A stretch of 63,976 nt of DNA, the filler included, from Reticulomyxa filosa (Eukaryota; Protista; Foraminifera): assembly GCA_000512085.1 (NCBI GenBank). It is 20 parts of 20 records of this genome, joined end to end, with 100 filler letters (N's around TTAATTAATTAA, not from the genome) between each part and the next. Parts side by side here need not be neighbours in the genome. Positions count along the whole stretch, not along the records: positions 47,470 to 49,476 come from ASPP01005620.1; positions 49,577 to 51,544 come from ASPP01007561.1; positions 51,645 to 59,858 come from ASPP01019533.1; positions 59,959 to 61,671 come from ASPP01023903.1; positions 61,772 to 62,870 come from ASPP01007952.1; positions 62,971 to 63,976 come from ASPP01015988.1; 14 more parts are not named here. One strand, given 5' to 3'. The position numbers and the translations under genes are program-made. The notes below the pieces were generated by a model, which had not been told where the DNA came from, ran no database searches, and worked only from the letters and a program-made list of their open reading frames with translations. Positions 49,431 to 63,330 of this stretch are shown in pieces; position 1 is the stretch's first letter, and the number at the start of each line of letters is the position of its first letter.

Positions 49431-49659
49431 TATTCTTTTTTTTTTTTTTTAATAATTTTTTTTTTAAAAAAAAAAANNNNNNNNNNNNNNNNNNNNNNNN
49501 NNNNNNNNNNNNNNNNNNNNTTAATTAATTAANNNNNNNNNNNNNNNNNNNNNNNNNNNNNNNNNNNNNNNNNNNNTTTTTTTTTAAATTACCCCCCCCC
49601 CCCCCCCCTTTTTCATATACACATAAAGATATATATGCATATATGTATCACTAAAAAAA

Positions 49660-51433
49660 AAAAGGCGATCCTTGCACTCTTTGATATGCTTTTTGTATTG
49701 CTATTTCATCTTTCAAGCTTTGACTTGTCCGAATCGTTTCATTTATTCTCTAGCCTTTGCCAACAGCAATCTATCTTGGTATTTTGTTATTATTATTATT
49801 ATTATTTTATTTTTTTTTTTCAATCAACACATACTTCAAAAGCGAAAGAATTGAATAATAAGTGCTAATACAACATATCCCTGCATTTTGTTTGACAAAA
49901 AAAAAGAACATTGCGACAAAGCTGAAAGTGATAACGGGATCGCACTTGAGACGGATTCAAGAAACCTTATTTGAATGCGCACAGCAGCAAGTGTCAGGCA
50001 ATGAAATGTATATGCACTTGCTGTGGTACAACCTGTTTAGCTTGGCCGTGTCCCATCCGAAGAAAGAGGCCCATCGAACGCAGATAAAGGAGCGCTTGAT
50101 CAGTTATGTTTCAAACGAAGGAGTTCGAAAAGACATTGTGGAAATGGGGTTTCGCTTGAGCTCCTCGTTCAAAGTGCCATTTCCAATGGAGGAGCTGTGC
50201 TTGTGGAAGTGTCTTCAAAAGAAGCTTAGCCCTACCAATCGACAGGCCGATCTCTTTACACGTATGTTCAAACAACAAAAGCCTCTTACGTAAACAATAA
50301 CAACTCACTGCCCTTTTTTTTTTTTTTTTGTGAGGAAAGAGAGAGAGAGAAGAGAAGAGAAGAAGGGTTCCATCTACGTATAAGTAAATAACATACGTAT
50401 ACATACATAAAAAATACAAATTGATTTATTGTAAATAGTATTCGAATTGATGAAAACCAATTTGCTAAACAGTGCGGAAAGATGCGTGTCTCTGCTTGAA
50501 AACAATAAAATGGAATTGAACCATTTGTTGTCCCCTTTCGAATGCGAAGTACGTATACAGATCTTCAACGAGATACTCGAACGAACGGCGACAGAGGGCA
50601 AAGGCAATGGAAAGATGATTGAAATGCTATCAACGATAACAAATGAAGTGGTGGAAAAAGTGAAGGATATCCAACAGGTGTATCGCCTTTATCAGTTATT
50701 CCAAAAATGGCCCACATTGATAACATCGTCGGTGATGTTGAGCATCATTGGCAACAGATGGCTGATTGCGGACGTCCGCTTTGTTCAGTTTTACATTGAA
50801 CCGATGCGATCGTCCTCGTTTGCAAAAGAGAAAAAGATACACGTGTTTAGCACTTGGTTGAACTCGGACAATGGTGTAATGAACTGTGTGGATTACATTA
50901 TCAAATATCAATTGGACTGGGAGCCCTTTCAATCAATGTTCCAGCCTGATGGACCGCAAAAGTTGTCTGACTATCTCGATAAGAATTTTTTGAATATATT
51001 GAAATTGTTGTCGTGCAAATCGATGCCGTACAATTGTTTTGTTTTGTTTTTTTTTTTAAAAATGTATATACATATACATATATGTATATATATAAATATA
51101 TATGTATATTTATATTTATATATTTTTAGAAAGTACTTTTTATTACTTTTCTGATGTGGTAATCCACTGCTACATATAGTCAAAGAAAAAATAATAAAAT
51201 TAATACATTGCAAATGGACGGCGAAACACACAAGTGGCACTCCTGTGGCATTGAGCACAACAGAACGTATGGAATGCATAAAAACGGTATCGGATTGGAT
51301 GAAAGAGACGTCACAACGTGTAGTCATTTCAGAATTAATATACACGTTATTGGAAGGTTTCAATCCCTTTCGTGCGATTGACCGAGTCGATTTAATCACA
51401 TACATGACATCCGAAGAAGGTTTGCAATTATTC
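49660..51433 (+). CDS. Internal exons of a large hypothetical helical protein
   Basis: Coding-like ORFs (49862-50293, 50447-51030, ~51130-51433) separated by AT/TA-repeat introns. No family recognised. Confidence 0.5.
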
Positions 51434-51644
51434 TAGTTAAGTCTAAGATAGCATATGCATATACATATACGCATATACACATATATATATGTATATGCAT
51501 ATATATGTGTGTGTAGTGTTAAACATAACCCACACACACACACANNNNNNNNNNNNNNNNNNNNNNNNNNNNNNNNNNNNNNNNNNNNTTAATTAATTAA
51601 NNNNNNNNNNNNNNNNNNNNNNNNNNNNNNNNNNNNNNNNNNNN

Positions 51645-54600
51645 AGCAATAAGAATAGCAATGGGAATGGGAATGGGAATGGGAATGAAAATGGAAATAG
51701 AACTTTCTTAAAAACAACAAAAACATCTCCAGCAATAGCATCGTCGCACCCAACTATAAACTTTCTGAACGACAGACTTTTAGTTCGCACCAGCGAATTG
51801 GAACCACCAAAATCACGCGGACAGAAAGAAGCAAAAACAAATGAAGCTAGTGATGGTAATGATGGTGATGAAGAAGAAGATGCAGAAGAAGACGCAGAAG
51901 AAGAAGATCATCGACACGTATCTCCATCCAGTAAGACGATGAATAGTATAACTACAATGACCACCCGTCCACATGCGAGCATATCGAACTCGAATACGTT
52001 CAAGTCCAAGGAAATGCCGCGATATTCGATTGATAGTGAAAGCATCAACAAGAAAATATCAGCGTCTCTCCCCAACGATCCACTGTCCCCGAATCATTTG
52101 GACATGGACCATGATAGCGCAAATGACAATGACAACGAGAATGAACGACATCTCATCGCCGCCAAAAAGCTGCCTCATATCAATGTCGACAACGTAGGCG
52201 TTCCTACCAATAAACAGCCTTTTCAGCAGTCGCAAAAGGAGTTTACGCGCAAGGAAGTACAGGTTCGGAAAAGTATAAAAGAAAATGTGTCCCACATCCG
52301 ATCGCTGTTAATGACCAATCATCAAACCAATGCAACAGAGGCAACAACGACTGCAGCGACAACAGAGACAACGGCGCCAACAGCGACAGCGGGGGCACAT
52401 TTGTCGAGATATTTTGCATTGCAAAATAAACTGAAAAACCCAGCCACGTTGAACATTGAAGAGATTGCAAAAGAATTTAAATGCCTATTCTTTGAAAATG
52501 AACGGAGCGGTTTGCCAAATTTGGCGGCCTTTCAAAAGTATTTTAATGACTTTGTGGTCACCACTCACAATGTTGGCCATGTTGGCTCACCCAATCAAAA
52601 TACCATACATTTTGCCATAAGTCCTTCCGGAGAGATGTCACCCTCGCCACCTTCTCACTGCAGTTATTCATACACACACACGCACACACATATATGTATA
52701 CAAATAAAAAGTCATTTGTATCGCGTCTTTGTTTTTCATATCTTTATAAGCAATTTTTATATGGCTTGAAAAAGGGATAAGGTATTTATTTATGTACATA
52801 GACATCTAAATACATATACACACATATGTATACGTATAACAATATACTGTTTTGGGACTACTCAAAGATCATTGGCAAATATGCTTGATTCGTCCACGAG
52901 TTCATGAGCATATGACGAATGCAGTCCATTTGAATACGGTGATAGTGAATACAAGCAGAATATTGCAACAATGTGTAATGAACTTCAATCGAAAGAAACA
53001 TCCCAATATACACGCCATTACAGAGACACACTCCGATGAAAAAGATGCAGAAGAAAAAAAAAAGAGTCAGAAAAGAGTGAAGCGCAACTGAAAAGGGAAT
53101 CAGTGTTAAAAACTCACGCCCAGTTGATAAAGATTGCCACCGCAATGAAACAGCAAATTGATATTCGTGATCGACAATATCGAATGAAACGATACAAACA
53201 ATGCTTCGTTGCAAAAGAGGCAGTCGGGTGGTTGGTACAAAACCGCGCCATTAGCGGTTGTCAAAGTGAACAAGACGCCGTCGCTTTATGTAACTTATTT
53301 GTTCATTTCCGCATCATTGACAAAGCACGCAAAAAACATAAAAATAGTATTAGCGGTCCAAATGATCTCAGTCCGTTCGTTAGTGGAAGCAAGTATTTTT
53401 ATGTGTTTACTGAGTCCCGCACGAACAAAAGTTTTGTTTTACATCCAAAATGTAGCATTGAAACAAAAGTCATCCAAAAAAAAAAAAATGTTAAGTGTAA
53501 AACGAAAAAAAACAAAAAACGTTGCTACATAGGAGATTCATTTGAAGTGAATTTAAACAAGCAAATTCACCCAGCGCTGTTAGAACGCCCTGGTTTTTTG
53601 ATGGCAAACGCATCAACAGCAACAGCAGGTGATGCAACAGAAACGGCTCGTTTTACAATGATGACAGAGCCAAATTTGAGAAGTGAAGAACAGGTCCCCG
53701 AACAAAAACCAGAGCAAGAACAAGAAGAAAAAAAAAATTGGTTGCTGAGAAGAAATTCAAACAAGAAACAGGAGTTGTCTGTTTCAAACTCAAAAACAAG
53801 CAGCAGTGCAGTCAGTGATGAAAGTCGGCAAAGTAGTCCTGGTTTCAAAAGTATTGTGGACGAAACAAAGACATCGAAAACAATTATGGTTGGGCTATCA
53901 CCATCTCCACACAGAACCCCAGAAAAAAGGGCAGATGGTGATTCACCGAAACTGCCACCTCTTGTTTCATTTGAAAATATCAATGAAATCAAGAACAATG
54001 ACACCAGACCTAACTCCAACTCCAATGCCGATTCCAGTCTCAATCCCAATACCAACCCTAACCCTAACCCTGAACCCCAACCCCAACCCTGATCCCAATC
54101 CCAATCCTAACAGTGATGAAAACACACCTTATCCAATGGAGCTGTTCCATGTTCGTGATCTTGACTTTTTGTTGGTGTACCATGCCCCATTTCAAAATCA
54201 ATGGCAACAGCTGATTAAAGAATTGTTACAAGAGTATTCGTTGATATGTTCCCAGCTTGACCAGCATTACGAAACAACAGAATTACGTGCGGCCATCGGA
54301 AAAGCCGATCCACGACAATCTTATCTGGAATGCTTGTTACGTTTGGAATCAACCATTGTAACGGGTCGAGAGATCAAAGATCATCCATGGATAAGATTGG
54401 AAGCCAATCGCCGAAACACCAAGAAATTTGGACAAGATTTGGTCCTCATGACCTCATATATGAAACCCAACGATATCCACAGCATGCACGAATTGATGCG
54501 GCAAGTCCCCGATTTAAATACGCAGAACAAAGATGGACAGACTGCCTTGCATATTGCCCTCACGCGAAGTATCAAGGAACCGGCTTTTTCCTTTGTCGCC

Positions 54601-57370
54601 AGGTACTTGGCCCTTCAACATGTTGTCAGTAGGCAAATGATCCAAGACAGTCAAATCCTCATCCATGCCTTGACGGCCAACAACCCAGTTGTTGTGGAAA
54701 TGCTTTTGGCATTGGAACCCAAATTGAATGTCAAAGATAAGTATGGCCGAACAGGTAATGTTCATGGTTTTTTTTAATATAAAGCTGTCCCCTTTTTTTT
54801 TGTAGTTTTGTTTTAAGTTAGAGAAAAAAAACAACAAATGACAACAACATAAGTATTGGATATTGCATTATCGAAAAATTATTACGGTTTGGCGAATGAA
54901 ATGATGCACATAAATCCACCGCCTTGGTTGAAGCCTTTACTAATAGAAAAATGGTTCGGTGGTGTGAGCCGAGGCGATGTGGTAATGTTACGCAGTTGTA
55001 TAAACGAAGGCATGCACGTAGACTTCTTTCATCAAGATTCGCAAGAAACGGCGTTGATATTGGCAACAAAGCAAGGACATATCAATGCAGTGCAATATTT
55101 GTTGTATTTAAATTGCAACATCAATGCATACGATATGTACGGTCGAGCGAGTATTCATTACGCTGCAATGAACCTAAATACATCAATATTCCGACTCCTT
55201 GCTCAAAATGGGGCCGTGTTGACCTCACGAGACAATGATTTCCGAACACCGGTTGATTACGTCCTCGAACGCATTGGGTTGAAAGTAGTCCAAGCGAATC
55301 TGAGCAACTACCAACCGCAAACCCCGACCCAAGTCCAAGAAAAGGAAAGAGAGCGAGAAAAAAACTCCTTCGCTATTAGTCAAAACCTACGTAGCAATAC
55401 TTCCAAGTTGGCCTTTTTTATTCGAAAAGGGGGTTCCACAAGGACGTTTGATACCAACGGCAATAACAACAACAACAACACGAACAATAACAACAATGCA
55501 AACGAAGTCAAGTCCGACTCTTACAACACTGGCGCAGCTTTCTCTGGCCTTCGAAAAGAGCGCACAAACACAGTAGGCAGCAATAATAGCAGAAGAACAA
55601 GGTTTGATCTGTTTCATCTCACTTTTTTTTTTTTTTTTAAAAAACAAATGTATACATAATATAAATATAATTATAATTATATTTATATTATGTATACATT
55701 TCCAAATGGGCACACATAACCAAGTACGGCCAGTCGTAGTGCTCTGCAACGCAATGGAATGGATGAAGGCTCTTCGAGGACGTTGAATGACGTCTCCGGA
55801 TTTGAGTATTTGACGAGCGATGACGAGAACGACGCGGCCAACGACGTGGAGTTTGATGAGAGTGTGGACGTCGATGGCCACAAGGTCGCGGAGCTCTTGG
55901 AGGTTATTGTTTCCAGAAGCATCCGTGTGGACTCGCGCTTGTTGCTGTTGGCCGTGCGTCGCGACTGGCCCCACGTCATTCTCAGCTTGGGTCACGCCAA
56001 AACGCCTGTCGATATGAACGTTCGTGGCAAAGACGGTATCACGCCTTTGATGTTGGCCGCCAGAGAAGGACGATTGGCATGTCTCCAAGCATTGTTACAA
56101 TCTGGTTTATATATATATATATAATATATACATTTTATAAATTCTTTTCTATCTTTCTATAAAATACGTATACGTATACGTATACGAATACGTATACTTA
56201 TACAATTATCCCATATACGTATATATTAGGCAAAGTTGATATTGATGCAGCAGACGACGCGCAAAGAACAGCAGTGATGCATGCGGCCTATCGTGGACAA
56301 TTGCATTGTGTGCAAAAGTTGTTGAAGATGGGTGCGTCGATTGACGTGGAGACAGTGGACGGGACGACGTTGTTGATGGCCAGTTGTTATGGAGGATTGG
56401 CCCCGGTGGCGCAGCTGTTGTTGAACAATGGCGCAGAGGTGGACGCCGCGAATGCAAATGGATTCACGGCGCTGTTGTTTGCAGCAAGTGAGGGGAGTCA
56501 AGAATGTGTCAATGTGTTACTGCAAGCGGGTGCGAATATCAATATTGCCTCGCAAGGATTGCTGACAACGTTAATGGCCGCTTCGTCCGGAGGACTGCCC
56601 GACTTTGTCGTATACTTACTTACTCATGGACGCAAGAAAGATTTGGAAAGCAAAGACGAAAATGGATGGACTGCACTGATGCATGCTGCCGTTGCTGGCG
56701 AAGATCAATGTGCTGCTATTTTACTCAAAGCGGGTGCCGATATTAATGTAATCGGTACCGATGGCTTTGCACTCTTATCCGTCGCTGTTGTTGGCAACTT
56801 GGTTTGGCTGGTACGTCACATCTTGGAACATGGCGACAGACGACTGTTCAATCACAAAGATTCACATCTCATGTCTCCTGTTCATGAAGCTTGCTCCACT
56901 GGAAATGATCAATGTCTCAAAGTTACTCTTTTTTATTATTATATTTGTAATATCTAACATACAAAATAAATATACAAAATAAAATCCATTTTGTTATCAA
57001 GTTATTGTTAGACGAAGAATCCATAGAGATTGATATTCCCGATATCAATGGCCGGACTCCGATGATGTTGGCGGCATTATCCGGAGCTATTCCATGCATG
57101 GACTTGCTGGCTCGCAGTGGTGCGAGTTTCAATGTCTATGATAAACAACAGAACTCGGTGCTGGTGTATGGCGTCGAAAATGGCTCCATTGAGGTTGTCA
57201 AGTATCTATTGCAACGTAGTCAGCCTTCTATCTCTATCATTCGGCAAGCTCGTGCTGTTGCCCAAGTCAGAGGATTTTTGCCCTTGCTGGACTTGTTGGA
57301 TGTTGGTGATGATGATAATCACAACAATCCACACATCTCTGAGCCGTCACAAGTCCATTCAAATGAGTAA
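51645..57370 (+). CDS. Large DEP-domain + ankyrin-repeat protein, multi-exon, 5' partial
   Basis: DEP: IDIRDRQYRMKRYKQCFVAKEAVGWLV..EQDAVALCNLFV..FVSGSKYFYVF. At least 10 ankyrin repeats (GQTALHIA, ETALILAT, GRASIHYAA, GITPLMLAA, RTAVMHAA, GFTALLFAA, GWTALMHAA, GRTPMMLAA). Stop at 57368-57370. Homopolymer frameshifts near 53060 and 54085. Confidence 0.82.
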
Positions 57371-58204
57371 CACTTGTTCTACATTACATCAAATTCATAT
57401 TTTTCTTTTTTTTTTAATTTTTATATTTTTCAGAAACAAAAAGTATTTTTTTCCAAAATTCATGTTTGGTTGTGTCTTTTATGTATATTATATACTTGTC
57501 CTTTATGTTTCTTTCCAAAAGAAAAAAAAATGAGTTTTTTGAGATGATCATAAGTAAGTGAGTTATAGTTAGCTGGGGCAGTTTGTTCGTATGCTTTCAC
57601 CCAAAATCTTTGAATTTCATGTTTTTTTTTTGTTGTTGTGCTATTTTGTTTGTTTTGTTTTGCTTTGCTTGTGTTTTTTCTCTCCCAATTGTTTTCTTTC
57701 TTTTTTTTGCTTGTCTTGTTTCCTCAAATTTCTTCCCGTTTTTTTTTAAGCTGTAATGTACAGTTTGATATGTCATTCTTTATTTTTCTCAGTCATTGTT
57801 CTAGTGTCGAACTACAAAGCTTGAACCAAAAATTTACTCAAAATTTTCTTTTGAAACAGTTTGCAAAACACATAAAATTCGGGTATCTAAGATAGATGGG
57901 AGAGCCAAATAATATTGAGATGAAATCTAAACTTTCAAGAAGCTTACAAGTGTAACAAACGATAAACTGACCTTTTTTAAAAAAGGATATGGCTCGGATG
58001 TTCACCTCCTTTTTTTGGAATAAAACTGTTTAGAGCAAATAGTGTGTATAAAACAACTGAGGGAACTATCATATTAAACCGAAAAAAAAACAAAACGAGT
58101 TCTTTGTTAGTTACAGGCAACGATATTTTTTACCATTATTTTGTATGTATGAAAAGTGGAGGCTTTTGAAAAATAATGTGCTAGTATACTTTTGTTCCCC
58201 TTTC

Positions 58205-58790
58205 CTCTATGATTAATGCTTCATCCCGGTTTGAAGTCTCTTCAGTTCTCGTTAAACGCTCAAATTGTAAAATCTTCAATTTCATCAGTCGATAGATACA
58301 CATCTTCAATCTTATGCTCTTTGGACTTTAATCGAAGTGGCACATCGTATAATGATCGGCATTTCCATCGTGCTATATATTTCATCGTAGAAAAGTATAC
58401 CTTTGGCGTGATTAATATATTCAAAACATTAACTGAGAAATAATTGTTATTTATGATTGGTACAACATATAGTGGATATATCTTCACAATGGATACTATA
58501 TTACCACATAATAAACATTATGCACACTATACTATTATACTCACCATCATAAACACTTACCGTCCATATCTTTAACGTACTACCATCAAACGTATACGTC
58601 CGCAGATGAAACATATAAAGCGCGTAGAAATGATAAACGTCACTAAATGTACCATTTGGATAGAAATTTCAAGAAGCGTGAAGTTGAAGATGAAGTAATC
58701 TCAACTGATGAAATTGAAGATTTTCCAATTCGAGAGTTTGATAAGAATAGAAGAAACGTTGGACCAGAATGAAGTACTACTCAAAGATGC
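58205..58790. repeat. Diverged inverted repeat (arms ~58205-58400 and ~58590-58790)
   Basis: The left-arm reverse complement ttgaagatgtgtatctatcgactgatgaaattgaagattttacaatttgagcgttt aligns with right-arm ttgaagatgaagtaatctcaactgatgaaattgaagattttccaattcgagagttt. Similarity extends inward to gtatac..gatgaaa.atata. Confidence 0.75.
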
Positions 58791-59958
58791 GCCTTGTGAG
58801 TGCATATTCGGAACAACAAAACTTCAGTTTAATGTATTGCTTATTATTTGATTATCTTTGATAGGCACATTTACATTGGACACTATGTCCCAGATGGGAT
58901 CATTATAATGTAGTATACGTTGGCCAGCACGTGCGAAGGTATTTGACCTTGCACTTGTAGCTGAGTTTGTGGTGGCACCTGCTGCACTAGTAATTGCACC
59001 TGTATTTGTACTTGCTGGATTTGGGATGGCGCTTGATGTGGCACTTACTGTACTGATAGTTGTATTTGTGATGATGCATGCCGGACTTGGAGTGGCACTT
59101 GTTGGACTTGAGGTGGCGCTTGCTGGACTTGGGGTAGTGCTTGCATCTGCTGTGCTTGTTGTATTGGCTGTTGTTGGAGTTGCGGGATTTGCTGCGCTTG
59201 TTGAATTTGTTGCGCTTGCTGTTGTAATTGATTTCCCACCCAATGTTGATGATGGCCCGCTTGTCCATTGTTCACATGTGGTTGGTCCATCAATTATTAT
59301 TTATAATATAAATTATTTATTATTGTTATCATACATCTCGAAATAAATTAACAAAATCAATTGGGAAGAAAAACAAACTCTATATCTCTTGCTAGGCAGC
59401 AATGTATCATCATTGAAGAACGGTCTTCATCTTTACCACTCTACTTCTACGGCTTTCGTCTATTATTAAATTTATTTGGTATGTTTTTTTTTATTTGTCT
59501 GTTTGAATCTAAAAACATAGTCAATGCACACAAAATGAACCATAAAAAATTTTTGTATGAAAAAAAAAGCAGTGTGCCAGTGTGAACAAGAAGAAAGATT
59601 GATGTATGAGAAAGTCAAAATGGAGATTTACAGAAAGGATATTTGACATAGAGCAAATGGTGCAAATGGGTGTTATAACAATCAAGATCCATTTTTTTGT
59701 ACTATTTTTTTTTTGTTTGTTGTATTGTGCAAGTGTGTTTTTTTTTTACAATTGAAAAGGCCTGACGCTGCTTCAGCATTATTTTCTCCGTTATTTCGCA
59801 TTTTTTTTTTCAAATTTTTCAACTGTTGTGTAACTTGAAAACTAAAGGACCAGTGAACNNNNNNNNNNNNNNNNNNNNNNNNNNNNNNNNNNNNNNNNNN
59901 NNTTAATTAATTAANNNNNNNNNNNNNNNNNNNNNNNNNNNNNNNNNNNNNNNNNNNN

Positions 59959-60851
59959 TTATTATTATTATTATTTTTATTATTTTTATTATTATTATTT
60001 TTTTTATTACCATTATCGTCATCATCATCATCATCATTTTTTTTTTCTTTGTCTTTATCATTATGATAATCTCTGTCATCATTATCATTGCTATTGGAAG
60101 AGCGCTTATGTTTCTTTTTACCTTCGTTGTCACTTCCATTTGCATGAGCATTCGCACTTTCGCTTGCACTTTCACTTTGGCTTTCGCTGTCGTTTTCAAA
60201 GTCCCCTTTCTGCTTTTTTTTGTTCTTCGATTTTGCGTGGCTGTCTTGTTTGTCGTCGTGGTCGTGATGGGTCTTCTTGTCCAAACGCTTATGGTACTTG
60301 GCTTTATTGTCCGTCACTTCGATGACTTGACCGGCTTCGTCTTCTTTCAAGCTCAGCGCGTCCAACATGCGTTGATTCAGTCGCTTCTTTTCTTCGCTCA
60401 TTTCGTGACTGTTTTGAAGGTCAGTGATACCCCCTTTTTTTTTTAGACTGCTACTAGTCCCACTCTTATCTGCTGCATGCGATAATGGTGATGACTCATT
60501 CACTGACATCTTCGCTGCTAATTGCTCGCGGTATCCTTTCAACTTCAATTCAATCAGTGTCTCTTCCATTCCCAACTCTTCGAATTTACATCTTTGCTTA
60601 AATACCAACGCTTCCATTCTTCGGTTCTTTTCATGATCCAACGTCTTTGGGTCTGTCTTCAACGCGTTTTGTCCCTTTTTCTTATGTCGCACTGCCGAGT
60701 TCAATGTCTGCTTTTTCTGACTGTTGTTCGGATTACGCTTCAAACCTACTATGAATTCTTCTCGTGGACGAGATATGTGCGCCAAGTTCGTTTGAATATA
60801 ACCATTGGTGCCGGACCCTCGAGGTGTTCTCAACCCAATGTTATTATACAT
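59959..60851 (-). CDS. CWC21: Pre-mRNA splicing factor CWC21/SRRM2-like, 3' partial
   Basis: N-terminus MYNNIGLRTPRGSGTNGYIQTNLA; cwf21 domain LDHEKNRRMEALV..EELGMEETLIELKLKGYREQL; lysine/acidic low-complexity tail. Confidence 0.92.
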
Positions 60852-61177
60852 TACCAATTATTCTTCAGTTCACGAGAATTTTTCTTTTGCAACGTCACCT
60901 GGACTTCTTTCTCCTACATTGTTACCACCCTCACACTACCAATTGAATGGATATATGTTATTTTACAGCGCTGAAGACACTAGCAATTACATATAATAAT
61001 GAGATCAACTGCAAAGAAAAATAACTTAACATCGCAAAAAATCTTGCAAATGAGATTAAATAACAGCACATATGTTGTTTTTGTCTGCCTTGTGTGAAAC
61101 TCACAAACTTGGTCACTTGTTGCTGTTTGAAAACGGAAAAGACCCTCACTTTTTGATTTGATTGTTTGAGTTTCATA

Positions 61178-61572
61178 ATGTCTGCGCCAGACGCTTTAAT
61201 TGGGTTGACATGGGTAGGATTCGTATTGAATTTAGCTCTGTCAGCATTTCTTGCGGCCGGTTTCCATCGCGTTTATAAGGAGAGGAACCAAATTCAGTGG
61301 GAAGCCCGACACTTTGGGCCGTTGTCGTTCTCCGTCTTTTTCACTATAATCTTTGTAGCTGGTAAAATTTTGAAAAACAAAAAAAAAAAAAAAAAAAGGT
61401 TTCCATTTCAATAATACACAAACGACACAATACAAATAAATGGGACTTAATAGTGGAAAGAAATTTACAGTTATTTGGCAGTGCTTCTGGTTACTTTGAT
61501 TTAGGCATGCAATTGAGATGGATATTAAATAATTTCTTTACCTTTGGATTTTTGAGTGTTTATGCTTTGAGG
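61178..61572 (+). CDS. Multi-pass membrane protein N-terminus (three TM segments, possibly 7TM receptor-like), 3' partial
   Basis: MSAPDALIGLTWVGFVLNLALSAFLAAGF..EARHFGPLSFSVFFTIIFVA|VERNL..WILNNFFTFGFLSVYALR|. Divergent from CWC21. Confidence 0.45.
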
Positions 61573-61799
61573 TAGTGACAATGTGTGTGTAATGGTTTTG
61601 TCTTTTTCCTTTGTAAATAAAATAAGGGGTGGCAACAAACACACATACACATTTCCTCTTTTCCCTTTTTTNNNNNNNNNNNNNNNNNNNNNNNNNNNNN
61701 NNNNNNNNNNNNNNNTTAATTAATTAANNNNNNNNNNNNNNNNNNNNNNNNNNNNNNNNNNNNNNNNNNNNGTACTCCTCTCCAATGATCTTAAAAAAA

Positions 61800-62206
61800 A
61801 AAAAAAGTGGAGTGCATTATCTGTATTACCTTCTTTGAGCCCGGAAACTTTGTCAGTGACAGCACGAGAAGACGCTAACGTGGATACGTGCGGTTGCTTG
61901 GTTTCATCAGCTTCCAGCGCATGTTCGATTGGCTTGCTTCGTGCCGTTGGGTTGTGCTGCTTCAACGCGTCACTCATGTCAGTGGTAGTGACCGTAGCGG
62001 CAGTCGTTCCCGCCGTGTCAGTGGTCGTTGTTGTCGTGGCTGTGATAGTAGTGCTGGTACCGTGGTCTTCCACATGCGTATGAAAGGGCGACACTGGAAG
62101 GCTATATTTCCGTACCATTGTGTATGTGTGTATATGCATGTTCGTGCACGTGAGTAATGTGTTGCAACGCATGTAGAATCCAATTGCATGAACATGTACA
62201 CATATA

Positions 62207-62238
<32 letters not shown>

Positions 62239-62780
62239 ACGTTGTTGACGTTTCGACTTTGCTTTCTTGCTCATTGCTTGCCTTGTTGACGCTTGGATCT
62301 GCTTGCAAATAACTTGTCTCCTACGTATTTGTTTTGGTTTTGCTTTTTCGTGTGGGCAACTAGTCTGAGCGTAACAAAACAAAAAGAAAGAGATAGATTG
62401 ATAGAAGAATATAAATAAATAAAATAAAAAAAAAAAAAAAAAAGCCTGAGTTCGAACGAAATAAACAAACCAAGAAATTGGCGACATCGTTGGACTGTTG
62501 AGAAGAAGTGGGAGCAGTGACAGGGCCGCCGACCGTGCCTAGTTGCGTTGCAGACTCTTGCTTGCGAACGGGCTTGTTGGTAGGAGGGACGACATTACTC
62601 GATTCAAGTTCAGAGTCGCTGGACAAAGAGCCGCTCATCATGGTCGTCGAATCGCTATATTCACTTGGAAAGCCTTTCGGATATTCGCGGTAACATTGAA
62701 AGGCCATCGCTTGCGCTTTCAGTTGTTCGGCAGTGTTGCATAGTCCGGAATACATTGTGTAGTCTGCTGACAACATCTTC
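61800..62780 (-). CDS. Hypothetical Ser/Thr-rich protein fragment (internal exons)
   Basis: Coding-like segments at 62770-62480 and 62100-61820, separated by TA-repeat and poly-T introns. Confidence 0.35.
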
Positions 62781-63009
62781 ACATTCACACAAAAATAAAT
62801 AAACAAAGAGACTTCTGACATACATATATGTATATGTGTATATGTATTTTTTTTAAAAAAAAAAAAAAAANNNNNNNNNNNNNNNNNNNNNNNNNNNNNN
62901 NNNNNNNNNNNNNNTTAATTAATTAANNNNNNNNNNNNNNNNNNNNNNNNNNNNNNNNNNNNNNNNNNNNTTTTTTTTTTTTTTGTTTAATTAAAAAAAT
63001 GAAAAAAAG

Positions 63010-63297
63010 TAACTTTTCAATGACAGTAACCAGTCTTCGAGCGCCAATATTTTCGACTTGATCATTAACACGAACAGCAGTGTGAGCAATTTCCAAAACG
63101 GCTTCTTTTGTGAACGTTAGCTTGCAATTTTCAGTTTTCAGCATTTCGATTTGCTGTTGGATCAAGTTGAACTCTGTCTCTGTTAAAATGCGATGCATGT
63201 CATCCTTTGTCAACGGGGTCAGTTCAACCCGAACAGGCAACCGTTAACCCTTTTTTTTTTTTTAAAAAAAAAAAAAAATTTTCGAGATTATTCCCCG

Positions 63298-63330
<33 letters not shown>

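Noticed and set aside
54054-54071. (AACCCT)3 as an interstitial telomeric repeat
   Set aside because: Only three units, inside a degenerate coding Asn-Pro dipeptide tract of the DEP-ankyrin gene.
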